Virus record (IMG/VR): IMGVR_UViG_3300025913_000030
Span: 1-64,000 of that record
From: a virus
DNA: 64,000 nt
Reading direction: 5' to 3' (one strand)
This document shows, one piece after another, positions 44,430 through 52,742 of the stretch. Each line of letters begins with the position of its first letter. Positions within the stretch are counted from its first letter, which is position 1. The position numbers and the translations under genes are program-made. The notes under the pieces were generated by a model. It was not told the origin of the DNA and did no database searches. It saw only the letters and a list, made by a program, of their open reading frames with translations.

Positions 44430-46157
44430 TTACATCGAGCGGCGCGCCTCGTGCAGCAGCTCCTGCACGTTGTCGTCCGTGCGCGGCGAGCGCAGGAACC
44501 CGGAGACCAGCTGCGGCAGCGCCGCGTCGAATCCAGCCACCTGCAGCACACCCTGCTGCTTCGGGTCGGCGATCGAGTGGCCGGCCGCGGTCATCGACGC
44601 GACGATGACGCGCGCCTGCGGATTCACCGACGAACGGTAGCCGTCCAGAGCCTGGCTCGGGTGCTGGTACCGGCCGGCCCACGTCTCGTTGTCCGTCAGC
44701 ACCAGGAACCCGTCGACCGCGATCCGCTGGGAAGCGGCCCACTCGAACGGGAGTGACAGGTCCGTCCCGCCGCCGCTCGGCTGCCAGGACGCGATCTCGC
44801 GCAGGTTGGTGCGCGGCGTGACCCGCGACCTGCGCACGGCGGTGTCGACGTCGATGACGTGGACGTTGCCCTTCTCGATCCGGGACATCGCCGCCGCCAT
44901 CCCGCACGCGATCTCGTACGGGGAGCCCAGGGGCGAGCCGCCGAGCACGACCCGGCCGCCGAAGCCGTTGGACATCGACCCGGACGAGTCGACCGCGACC
45001 AGCAGCCGCTTCCCCGAAGGCTCGACGTAGCCGAAGGAGAGCTCGTAGGCCTCCTCCAGCGCATCGGAGATCGCCGCGAGCGGTGTCCAGGTGCGCAGCG
45101 GCGCCTTCGGGTTGGGCTGCGCTGCCCCCGAGTTGTAGACCTTCAGGGCGAGGTAGACGTCGAGGGGGTGGATGCGCGCCTTCTTCAACGCCTCGCCGTC
45201 GGTCAGCCGGCGTACGACCGTCGAAACGGCCTCGCCTCCATAGGGCTTGAGAGCCGCGATCCTGGTCATCCGCGCGAGATTGCGGATCAGGGCCGTCATG
45301 CCGACCGTCTCGGTCAGCGCTTCCCAGACCTCGGGCGAGTCGAGTACCGCGTCCGGCAGGAACTCCCACGGCACGCGCAGGGTCCGCACCGCGGTGACCG
45401 CCTCCTTCGGACCTGTGACCGCCTTGGCGATCCGGTACTTCTCCACGCTCGGCAGCACCAGGGCCGCCTGCTCGTCCGGAACGTTGCCCGCGAGCCAGCC
45501 GAACAGGGCGTCGGTCGCCGGGTCCATCTTGATCAGCGATGGCTTCGCGAGGCGCAGCATGTCCCGCAGGGCGAAGGGCTCGCCGCTGCCGGTCTTGCGC
45601 GAGCGGGCCTTGCACGCCCGGAACGCGATGCGGTCCGCGTCGTCGGCCAAGAACCAGTCGGCCAGAGCGCCGCGCATCAGCCGGTTCATGACCGGCGCGA
45701 TGCCCTTCCCCGAGGGCTTGCCCTTGAGGTTCTTGTAGTAGCCCCAGAAATGCGCGAAGTGGTCGGTGGTGCGCGCGATCGATGGCAGCGCACCACGCGC
45801 CGCGCGGCGCGCGTCCAGGTCGCCTCGGGCGAAGGCCGCGGCGAGGACGAAGAGGGCCGGGAAATTCTTCGGCGCGCGGCCGGCGGTGCTGACCTCGGTG
45901 GCCAGCTGGACCGCGCGGCAGCCATCAGCCCCGATCGCGTCGAAGACCACCTGCGCGTTGGCGAAGGTGTGCTCCTTCTCCCCGACGTAGTAGGTGCCGC
46001 CGGTCGTGCCGAGGATCAGGAAGTCCTCAAGCTTCGTCCAGAGGTCCTTGCCGAAGGTGAAGCCGCCCGCGTTGTTGCGGACCATCTCGGCCTGGCGGCC
46101 GGGGATCGGCTCGGTCTGCGGCGTGCGCACGGTGCTGACCATGGACAGGGCGTCCAT
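44430..46157 (-). CDS. rsr: Ro60/Rsr TROVE + vWA RNA-binding protein
   Basis: NNAGGFTF..LEDFLILGTTGGTYY, MTALIRNLARMT and KARIHP motifs; MIDAS VDSSGSM and LTDNETW; GAAAGGA RBS. Confidence 0.95.
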   Translation of the reverse strand: MDALSMVSTVRTPQTEPIPGRQAEMVRNNAGGFTFGKDLWTKLEDFLILGTTGGTYYVGEKEHTFANAQVVFDAIGADGCRAVQLATEVSTAGRAPKNFPALFVLAAAFARGDLDARRAARGALPSIARTTDHFAHFWGYYKNLKGKPSGKGIAPVMNRLMRGALADWFLADDADRIAFRACKARSRKTGSGEPFALRDMLRLAKPSLIKMDPATDALFGWLAGNVPDEQAALVLPSVEKYRIAKAVTGPKEAVTAVRTLRVPWEFLPDAVLDSPEVWEALTETVGMTALIRNLARMTRIAALKPYGGEAVSTVVRRLTDGEALKKARIHPLDVYLALKVYNSGAAQPNPKAPLRTWTPLAAISDALEEAYELSFGYVEPSGKRLLVAVDSSGSMSNGFGGRVVLGGSPLGSPYEIACGMAAAMSRIEKGNVHVIDVDTAVRRSRVTPRTNLREIASWQPSGGGTDLSLPFEWAASQRIAVDGFLVLTDNETWAGRYQHPSQALDGYRSSVNPQARVIVASMTAAGHSIADPKQQGVLQVAGFDAALPQLVSGFLRSPRTDDNVQELLHEARRSM

Positions 46158-46202
46158 CGTGGTTTCCTTTCGAGGATTCAACACGGCCGGGGCCGGACGC
46201 GA

Positions 46203-46237
46203 ACCGGCCCGCACGAGGGGGTGTCGTGCGGGCCGGT
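46203..46237. other. 14-bp perfect hairpin between the Y RNA array and Ro60
   Basis: ACCGGCCCGCACGA/TCGTGCGGGCCGGT with no U-tract; possible attenuator or processing element. Confidence 0.6.
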
Positions 46238-46242
46238 CAGGG

Positions 46243-46371
46243 GACGGATGCGGGAGTGACTACCGGGTTTAAGCGTCTTAGGCCGCTAGACAACCAATCC
46301 CGAGGGATTGGACGGGATTCGAACCCGCGTCTCTCCTTTGCAAGGGGTAACCGATAATCGTTCAACCCGTC
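46243..46371 (-). ncRNA. yrlA: YrlA-like Y RNA A with a permuted tRNA domain (loop UUGCAAA)
   Basis: Order: GACGGGUUGAA..UCGGUUA, anticodon-like hairpin, T arm GCGGG-UUCGAAU-CCCGU, closed 7-bp acceptor, D arm GUCUAGCGGCCUAAGAC, GCAUCCGUC. Confidence 0.85.
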
Positions 46372-46384
46372 GGTGGTGCGAGGT

Positions 46385-46515
46385 GAGCGGATACGGAGGG
46401 CGGCCACCGGTGTTAAGTGCTCTGCCAATTGAGCTACGCACCCGAAGGTGCGACGGGACTTGAACCCGCAACCACTCTCTTAACAGGAGATAACCGACGG
46501 CCTTTCAACCCGCTC
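46385..46515 (-). ncRNA. yrlA: YrlA-like Y RNA B with a permuted tRNA domain (loop CUGUUAA)
   Basis: UCUC-CUGUUAA-GAGA hairpin, T arm, CGCACC-UUCG-GGUGCG acceptor, D arm GCUCAAUUGGCAGAGC, terminal GAGCGG/CCGCUC stem. Confidence 0.88.
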
Positions 46516-46547
46516 GATCGAGCCGTCAGGCTCGGCGATTCACGAGT

Positions 46548-46684
46548 GTCCGGATGCGGTGTCGACCACCGGGTTTTAGCGCTCTACCAGTTGAGCTACC
46601 CATACGGATCTCTCCGTTTGGACGGGATTCGAACCCGCAACCTCTCGAACCAGAATCGATAACCGACGGTCATTCAACCCGGAC
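46548..46684 (-). ncRNA. yrlA: YrlA-like Y RNA C with a permuted tRNA domain (loop UUCUGGU)
   Basis: UCGA-UUCUGGU-UCGA hairpin, T arm, GAGA-capped acceptor, D arm GCUCAACUGGUAGAGC, terminal GUCCGG/CCGGAC stem. Confidence 0.88.
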
Positions 46685-46709
46685 CAGGCTCACTGTGTTC
46701 AGTTGTCAG

Positions 46710-46779
46710 CGGAGCAGATGCGCAAAGCTGGTCCCCGGAGTCATCAGCCAGATAACCGAGAGCCTTTCAACCCGCTCCG
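46710..46779 (-). ncRNA. Minimal Y RNA D (Ro-type stem only)
   Basis: Same GGGUUGAA...UCGGUUA and GCAUCUG boxes as A-C, with no tRNA domain. Confidence 0.75.
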
Positions 46780-46785
46780 AGAAAG

Positions 46786-46815
46786 ACAGTACAGGGCGAC
46801 GTGACTATCCGTCAA
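46786..46815 (-). promoter_or_regulatory. Promoter of the Y RNA/Ro60 unit, with the 15-bp motif
   Basis: TTGACGGATAGTCAC; TTGACG-N18-TACTGT, ending 6 nt before the 5' end of Y RNA D. Confidence 0.8.
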
Positions 46816-46828
46816 CCTGATTTCAGCG

Positions 46829-47191
46829 TCACCACCCGGCGCCCATCCGACCGAGCAGCCGGCGGCCCGCCTCGGGAGAGAGGCCGGCGAAGAACCTGCC
46901 GCCCAGCGACAGGATCCCCACGACGACCACATCGCCATGAACGGCGACGGACACCAGCTGCTCGGCGCGACGGTTGCGCTGTAGCGAGCACAGCTGGTCC
47001 GCGGCAAGGTCCGCCGCGAACACCCGGATCTCGGCTCCGTGGTCGTAACGCGGCACCGACAGCGTGTGCCGCCGCACGTCGTCGTAACCGATCAGCCGGC
47101 GGATCTTGCGCGACGTCGCGCCGTCGGACCACGGGACACGAACCTCCCGCACCGGCTTGTGCCCGTCGGCCGGGACCATGAGCATCTTCAC
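46829..47191 (-). CDS. Hypothetical protein
   Basis: GTGA overlap; NRRAEQL..VHGDVVVVG. Confidence 0.55.
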   Translation of the reverse strand: MKMLMVPADGHKPVREVRVPWSDGATSRKIRRLIGYDDVRRHTLSVPRYDHGAEIRVFAADLAADQLCSLQRNRRAEQLVSVAVHGDVVVVGILSLGGRFFAGLSPEAGRRLLGRMGAGW

Positions 47192-47370
47192 CGCCCGCGC
47201 TTCCTTCCCTTGCGCTTGCCGCCGGCCCGGGTCACCGGGGCCCGCGACAGGTCGATGACGCTGTTCGTGTCGTACGTCCACGGCAGCCAATCGGAAATGG
47301 TGTGCGCGGCGAACTGACTCGGATCGCCTCGTTCGGCGACCAGCTGGTCATAGATCGGTGTCGTTGTCAT
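47188..47370 (-). CDS. Hypothetical protein
   Basis: GGAGG RBS. Confidence 0.5.
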   Translation of the reverse strand: MTTTPIYDQLVAERGDPSQFAAHTISDWLPWTYDTNSVIDLSRAPVTRAGGKRKGRKRGR

Positions 47371-47623
47371 GGTTCTTCCTCCTCTCCTCGGCGTCGGGAT
47401 ACCGGCCGCGTACGCGCGCCGAGATCTCGTCCACCCGGTCCCAGTACTGCCGCGGCAGCGTGCACTTGTCGGCGCACCACGAGACCAGGGCGCAGACCAG
47501 GATGGCGGGGTCGGTGCGCACGACCCGGTGGTGCGTGGCGATGCTCTCGGGCAGGAACGCCTGGCGGACCGGCTTGTAGGCCTTGGCCAGCAGCGCGATC
47601 TGCTCCTCCAGGCTGCTGCTCAC
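47348..47623 (-). CDS. Hypothetical protein
   Basis: Part of an overlapping gene chain. Confidence 0.5.
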   Translation of the reverse strand: MSSSLEEQIALLAKAYKPVRQAFLPESIATHHRVVRTDPAILVCALVSWCADKCTLPRQYWDRVDEISARVRGRYPDAEERRKNHDNDTDL

Positions 47624-47871
47624 GCGGCTTGCGGTTCGAAGGCCGCGGCCAGCAGCTTGTACCAGTGCTCGATCTGGTCCTTGACCGTGCGCTCCTCCAG
47701 CCAGCCGTCCTTGGCCCAGCTCGCGCGCAGGGCGTAGAGCTCCTTGGCGGTCGCCCACGTCTTGAGGCACTGGTTGTGGTTGTAGTTGGTGGTCGGCGGC
47801 TCGGTCACGAGCGCGTGCAGCGCGCGGTGCAGGGCCGTAGAGGTCTCCGTGCGCAGGTCGGGCAGCGTCAT
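47620..47871 (-). CDS. Hypothetical protein
   Basis: ATGA and GTGA overlaps. Confidence 0.55.
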   Translation of the reverse strand: MTLPDLRTETSTALHRALHALVTEPPTTNYNHNQCLKTWATAKELYALRASWAKDGWLEERTVKDQIEHWYKLLAAAFEPQAA

Positions 47872-48155
47872 CCGGCGTTCACCCACTTCCTCAGCTCGTC
47901 CGTGGTCAGGGCGAGCCTGGCCTCCAGGTCCTTGTTCTTGCGCTCCAGTTCGGCGCAGTTGGCGCACACCGCCGGCTTGCGCACCTGGTCGAGTCGGTAG
48001 GTGCGCGGGAAGGCATCGCCCTTCACCTGCACCTGGTACAGCTCCCGGCCGGAACCGAGCGAGTTGGCGGTCAGCACCACACCGGTCTTCCAACCGGTCA
48101 GTTGCTTGACCTCGACCTGTTCGCCCGGCCGGAATGTCGTGGCAGGCTTAGGCAC
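47868..48155 (-). CDS. SH3-like plus CxxC/coiled-coil protein
   Basis: FRPGEQVEV..GVV..YQVQV and CANC. Confidence 0.55.
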   Translation of the reverse strand: MPKPATTFRPGEQVEVKQLTGWKTGVVLTANSLGSGRELYQVQVKGDAFPRTYRLDQVRKPAVCANCAELERKNKDLEARLALTTDELRKWVNAG

Positions 48156-48441
48156 CGCGCCTCCTGGGATCGCGCGTCATCTCGTCCAGCGTCAGCACGA
48201 AGCGCCCGGGCGGAGGGAAAACACCCGTCCGGAAACACAGCGCCACGGCGTGCGCGGCGTCATGCGCGCCCAGCCGTGCGAACGCCCGGCGCAGGTGCGA
48301 CTTAACCGTCAGGTTACTGATACCGACTCTGTTGCCAGTGTCCTCGTAGGTCAGTCCGTGTGCCTTGCACCAGAGCACTTGCACCTCACGGGACGTCAGC
48401 GGGCTGCCGTGCGGCGGCTTCGGCGCCTTGCTGTCGCTCAT
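48148..48441 (-). CDS. LuxR-type HTH regulator
   Basis: LTSREVQVL..AHGLTYEDTG..TVKSHL..LGA. Confidence 0.85.
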   Translation of the reverse strand: MSDSKAPKPPHGSPLTSREVQVLWCKAHGLTYEDTGNRVGISNLTVKSHLRRAFARLGAHDAAHAVALCFRTGVFPPPGRFVLTLDEMTRDPRRRGA

Positions 48442-48668
48442 GCGGTCTCCCTCCAGTGGTCCCGGGCGAAGATGAGCTTCTCGGCCAGGGACGTCAGCCG
48501 CTCGAAATACACGGGGCTCACGGTCTCCAGGCCCGGCTGCTCGGGTAGGGAGGTGACCGAGGTCAGCCGCGCCGCGGCCAGGCCGCAGAGCAGGTCTACG
48601 TCGTCCCGGTCCAGTTCCCGGCTGCGTCGCTCGGCGATCCGGCGCAGCGTGCGTTCCCGTCGGCTCAT
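48438..48668 (-). CDS. Hypothetical protein
   Basis: ATGA overlaps. Confidence 0.45.
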   Translation of the reverse strand: MSRRERTLRRIAERRSRELDRDDVDLLCGLAAARLTSVTSLPEQPGLETVSPVYFERLTSLAEKLIFARDHWRETA

Positions 48669-49039
48669 GCCAGAGCCTGTTCCAGCATCTGGCACAGCGC
48701 CTCGGACAGCGGACCGCCGCTGAACTCGTTGATCACGGTCAGCAGCCCCAGCGCCTCGTTGTTCAGCTGCGGGTCGCCGGGCAGCACCCAGCGCAGTACG
48801 TCCGGGTCGTTCAGGTTCCACTCCTCCCGCGGTGCGGGCGTGACACCAGTACCGCTGCGGACGGCGACCAGGCCCTTGGCCCGCAACTCGGCGAGCGCAT
48901 CGCGCACGACGGTGCGGGAGACGGCGTACTGCTTCGCCAGGTCCTCGGTCGTCGTGGGGTTCGCCAGTTCGCCCGTGACAATGCGCGGGCCGAGGATGCC
49001 GGCCAGGGACTTGCCCATGGATCCTTGCGTCATGATCAT
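48665..49039 (-). CDS. GntR/FadR-type wHTH regulator (short)
   Basis: EDLAKQYAVSRTVVRDALAELRAKGLV..GTGV..WNLNDPDVLRW. Confidence 0.85.
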   Translation of the reverse strand: MIMTQGSMGKSLAGILGPRIVTGELANPTTTEDLAKQYAVSRTVVRDALAELRAKGLVAVRSGTGVTPAPREEWNLNDPDVLRWVLPGDPQLNNEALGLLTVINEFSGGPLSEALCQMLEQALA

Positions 49040-49545
49040 CGATAGGCTCCAGTCGTGATGCGGCAGCGGACCGCTTCCATGGCGCGCAGCTGCAGTTGTT
49101 TGGCCGCGCCGTCGCTGATGGCGAGCGCGGCCGAGGTCTCCTTGATCGACAGGTCACGCAGAAACCTCAGCTCCAGGCAGCGGCGCTGGTTGGGGACCAG
49201 GCCGCGCAGCGCCTGATTGACCGTGGTGCGGTACAGCGTCTGCTGGACCTGCTCCCACACGTCGGGGGCGACGCGGTCGGCGTCGTACATGTCTGCCGTG
49301 GGCACTTCGCAGCGCACGCGCGCCGACTTCAGATGGTCGGCGAGCAGGTTGCGCGCGATCGTGACCAGCCACGCCTGCCTGCAGCTGCCGCGCTCGGTGT
49401 AGCTGTCCCAGCGGGCCAGGGCACGGGCGAAGGTCTCCGCCGTCAGATCCTCGGCGGTCTCGTGGTGGCGCAGCCGCTTGTAGAGGAACTGGAAGACGAA
49501 CCGGTGACTCTCGCGGTAGGCCTGCTCGATCCCGTCAGCGTCCAC
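49036..49545 (-). CDS. ECF sigma factor, BldN/AdsA-like
   Basis: TAEDLTAETFARAL, AWLVTIARNLLADHLKSARVRCEV, LRFL..LS..ET and GAAKQLQLRA. Confidence 0.88.
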   Translation of the reverse strand: MDADGIEQAYRESHRFVFQFLYKRLRHHETAEDLTAETFARALARWDSYTERGSCRQAWLVTIARNLLADHLKSARVRCEVPTADMYDADRVAPDVWEQVQQTLYRTTVNQALRGLVPNQRRCLELRFLRDLSIKETSAALAISDGAAKQLQLRAMEAVRCRITTGAYR

Positions 49546-49786
49546 GGACCGACCTCGAGATCCGCACGAAGCGGGGCAGGGCGTACGCGGCGGCCACGGG
49601 AATGGCCAGGCCGGCGTAGATCAGCACGAGAGTGGCGCCGATCTGGGCCGACATCGTCCACTGGTGCACCATCCACTGCGCGGTCAACGTGCCGGCGACG
49701 AACAGGACCAGTCCAGTGGTGGCGAGAACGATGGCGGTGTCGGTCAGGTCCCGGAAGGTGCGAGAGCGCAGGATTCGGTGCAGCAT
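49535..49786 (-). CDS. Small membrane protein
   Basis: Two hydrophobic helices. Confidence 0.55.
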   Translation of the reverse strand: MLHRILRSRTFRDLTDTAIVLATTGLVLFVAGTLTAQWMVHQWTMSAQIGATLVLIYAGLAIPVAAAYALPRFVRISRSVRGR

Positions 49787-49822
49787 GGATCCCCCATTAC
49801 GCGGATAAATCAGTACAGTCAG

Positions 49823-49852
49823 ATCGTACGATGGTGTGTGACTATCTGTCAA
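49823..49852 (-). promoter_or_regulatory. Promoter with the 15-bp motif
   Basis: TTGACAGATAGTCAC; TTGACA-N18-TACGAT. Confidence 0.8.
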
Positions 49853-50011
49853 ACAAGAGGGTTGTCACTCAGTCATTTCGGTTGGGGAAGCAGCATTCGT
49901 CGAGCGTGCAGAAGAAACACGCCATGCAGCAACCGCACTCCGGGCAGAAGTCCTCACCGCAGACCGGCTCGCGCTCCTCGTCTTCCTGCGCGTCCTCGCC
50001 CGTCTCGCCGG

Positions 50012-50602
50012 TCACGGCGCGACGGGCGGATACAGGGCTGCGTACTCGTCCCAGATCCCGGCTTCCTTCAGCAGGGCGATGACGAGTTTCCCGGCCGGGG
50101 TGACTCCGTAGAAGTCGGAGAAGGGCCGCTTATCCGTCCGGCTGCCGTCGTACCGGTGCCAGATCAGGCCGCGGCGCTCCAGACCCGGTGCACCCGTCGC
50201 GAACATCGACGGGCTTCTCACCCAGGTAACGGGATCCAGGCGGTGGCCGCCGGCCGCCTCCAGGCGCAGCACCCAGTCGATGTGCACGAGCGCCTCGATC
50301 AGGGTCTTGCCGAGGTCGAGACGGAACGCCGAGCCTGTCACATAGGCACGGAAGGCCTGGTTCACTGCGGGCGCCCGGGCGGGCTCGGTCGCGGCCAGTG
50401 CCTCGTCGCAGTCCGGACAGGGTGAGTGGTCCCGCTCGATGTGCTCGCGCGCCGCGTCCTCGACGATCCGGCGAATACCGGTCGTCGACCAGCAGTCCAT
50501 GGTCGGGCCGGCGGTGCAGCGCGCCTCGTGCCAGTCGGTGCGGGCGCTCTCGATCTCCTGGATCTCGATGTGCTGGTCGAACTCACTCGTCAGCGTGGAC
50601 AC
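50012..50602 (-). CDS. Hypothetical protein (Cys motifs, wHTH-like C-terminus)
   Basis: AAGGAGG RBS; LERRGLI...YGVTPAG. Confidence 0.55.
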   Translation of the reverse strand: MSTLTSEFDQHIEIQEIESARTDWHEARCTAGPTMDCWSTTGIRRIVEDAAREHIERDHSPCPDCDEALAATEPARAPAVNQAFRAYVTGSAFRLDLGKTLIEALVHIDWVLRLEAAGGHRLDPVTWVRSPSMFATGAPGLERRGLIWHRYDGSRTDKRPFSDFYGVTPAGKLVIALLKEAGIWDEYAALYPPVAP

Positions 50603-50927
50603 AGAGATCCTCCTTGCAGTCGGCGTGCCGCTCCAACACCTTCACAACGCCGCACGGCCAGGTGTCGCCTGGGTAGCCGCGGTGCGGGCAGCCGCCACAC
50701 TCCAGCCACGCCTCGAGCCAGTGCAGAACAGGGAAGTGGCGATCGACCAGATCAGAGGAGAGGCAGTCGCCACGGGGCAGGATTTTCAAGCGCAGTGCCT
50801 GGTGCCGATCCTGGGCCATGGCCATGCGCTCAGTCCGGGCGGCAGCCAGCTGGAGAGCCTCCTGTGCCCGGTCTTCCTTGCGTTTCTGCCGGGCCGCGTA
50901 CCGTTCAGCGGCTGTAAGACGTGTCAC
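50583..50927 (-). CDS. Hypothetical protein (ECGGC...WPC)
   Basis: GGAGG RBS. Confidence 0.55.
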   Translation of the reverse strand: MTRLTAAERYAARQKRKEDRAQEALQLAAARTERMAMAQDRHQALRLKILPRGDCLSSDLVDRHFPVLHWLEAWLECGGCPHRGYPGDTWPCGVVKVLERHADCKEDLCVHADE

Positions 50928-51110
50928 TGCCCCACCTCCGCGTCAGTACCGAAGACGAGCTCGTAGAGCGCGTCCGCGATGTGGTCGGTCTCCTCGGCAA
51001 CTGCGAGTTCGAAGTCTGCGATTTTTTTTTTCCTCCCCGGCCCAACTGCACAGGCAGCGGGCCCGCACGGTGCCCTGGGAGGGGAGCAGGACGATATACG
51101 TCTCGTGCAT
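50924..51110 (-). pseudogene. Small gene frameshifted at an A10 tract
   Basis: 187 nt from ATG to the coupled TGA; removing one A from 51022-51031 restores a 61-aa ORF. Confidence 0.6.
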
Positions 51111-51613
51111 CAGGCGGTCCGAGACTCGATGTCCTCGATCCAGGCCGAGCACACCGCCATGACCTGAACCAGTTCGCCGACCAGCTTCTCGGGATCAGTC
51201 TCCGCGAAGGCCTCGGCGACTTCCTCGTTCAGGATCAGCCGCCAGCCGGGGCCGCCAGGCGTGTGCGCGGCTGCGCCCTGGCAGATGGTCCGGGCGAGGT
51301 CGGCGGCCCGTTGCAGGCCTTCGCCGCCCGTGTCGTCCGGGTGCTGCTGGTGGCCCCACTTCTCCATCTGGCGCTGCCGCTCGGCCGCGACGCGTTCGAG
51401 GACGGACAGCGTCTCGGGCGAGGTCTCGTAGTCGGGCAGCACGGGGACGCCCCGGTCCGGCTCGGCGGCCAACCGGTGCGCCGTCTTGGCGCTGGTGGCC
51501 AGCGCCCTGCCGATCAACGTGTCGGTGAACGTGCCGATCGCCTCGCCGCAGGCGCACTCGACGCGCAACCAGTCGCCGTCCAGGGCCCGGGTGTAGATCG
51601 TGTGCTCGGCCAT
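51110..51613 (-). CDS. Protein with a MazG-like helical C-terminal domain
   Basis: ILNEEVAEA...ELVQVMAVCSAWIE. Confidence 0.55.
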   Translation of the reverse strand: MAEHTIYTRALDGDWLRVECACGEAIGTFTDTLIGRALATSAKTAHRLAAEPDRGVPVLPDYETSPETLSVLERVAAERQRQMEKWGHQQHPDDTGGEGLQRAADLARTICQGAAAHTPGGPGWRLILNEEVAEAFAETDPEKLVGELVQVMAVCSAWIEDIESRTA

Positions 51614-51870
51614 CAGATCCGGACCTCCAGCCAGTGCTGCGAGCCGTCCGTCTCGGCGGCCAACACCGCAGTGCGCGGGGCGGCGTGAACGGACACGGTC
51701 TCCAGTGAGACCTGCCGGCCGCAGCGCGGGCACGCCATCATGATCGCTCCGTCGTCGATCTCGACCTTGACTTCGTCGCCGGCCGCGAGCGCGCAGGTGC
51801 AGTAGATCTCGTCGAGGTCTGGCGCCTCAGACGTCGATGTGGCGATCACCAGGTTCAGCATCCGCGCCAC
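51613..51870 (-). CDS. Cys-rich hypothetical protein
   Basis: CTC and CPRC motifs; GGAGG RBS. Confidence 0.5.
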   Translation of the reverse strand: MARMLNLVIATSTSEAPDLDEIYCTCALAAGDEVKVEIDDGAIMMACPRCGRQVSLETVSVHAAPRTAVLAAETDGSQHWLEVRI

Positions 51871-52133
51871 CTCCCCGGGCAGCGAAGGCCTGGGCCCAGG
51901 CGATGCCGACGAACATCACGCACACCGCGCCGACGACGATCGACAAAAACTGTTCGAACCCTGTCATGGAAGTCTGTCCAGCTCTCCTAGGTGGAAGGTC
52001 AGAGGCTCGGTGTCTCCGTCGAGCAGCACGCTGCACATCCGCGTCTGGATCGTGAGCACCTTGCCGGTCTCGCCCATCAGCGAACTCATGCGGTTGGAGA
52101 CCATCACCCGGTCTCCGGGCGTCAGTGGAGCTT

Positions 52134-52742
52134 TCACGCCAGCTGCTCGAGCAACTGGGTGAGGAAGGGCATGTACTTCTCGCCGAGCGGACCGTGCTGC
52201 GCCGATTCGAGCGCGACGCGCGTCAGATGGATCTTGCGCTCCAGGTCCTCGACCTTGATCTCCAGCTCGTCCCGTTCCCCGCAGTGATCGCCGCAGAGGT
52301 CGGTAGCCTTTTCGAGCTCTTCCTTCGCCGTGCTCAGCTCGTCCGTCTTGTCGGCCAGCCTGCGGGCACGCCGGTTGAGCTCTTCCAGCAGCTCAGCGAT
52401 GTACTGCGGCGCGTCCTTGAGAAACCGCGCGACCGGGTTGTCAATGTCCCGGAACGTCTTCGGGTCGTAGTCGGTCCGCGGGACGATCAGATCCTTGGCA
52501 TCCGTCATCAGCGACCAGCCGCTCGGCGCTTTCACAGGAAAGCGCGGCTGTGCTCCCTGCATGCCGCACCGGCTGAAGCCCATGACGTACAGCTGGCCGG
52601 AGTGTTGCGTGGCCAGGATCGGGCCGCCGCGCGTGTCGCCGATCCAGCCCCAGGGCGGCGCCGGAACAGCGCGCAGAGCGGTGAGGATCTCGTAGAGCCG
52701 CTGCGGTGTCATCCCGGGGCCCGACCCGTAGCGCTCGCTCAC
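52134..52742 (-). CDS. Hypothetical protein with a coiled coil
   Basis: GTGA overlap; PW..ARFLKDAP..LLEEL. Confidence 0.55.
   Translation of the reverse strand: MSERYGSGPGMTPQRLYEILTALRAVPAPPWGWIGDTRGGPILATQHSGQLYVMGFSRCGMQGAQPRFPVKAPSGWSLMTDAKDLIVPRTDYDPKTFRDIDNPVARFLKDAPQYIAELLEELNRRARRLADKTDELSTAKEELEKATDLCGDHCGERDELEIKVEDLERKIHLTRVALESAQHGPLGEKYMPFLTQLLEQLA

Noticed and set aside
46243-46684. Ordinary tRNA cluster or tRNA pseudogenes
   Set aside because: The arm order is permuted (anticodon, T, acceptor, D), the acceptor ends are joined by tetraloops, and each unit is enclosed by the conserved Y-type stem.
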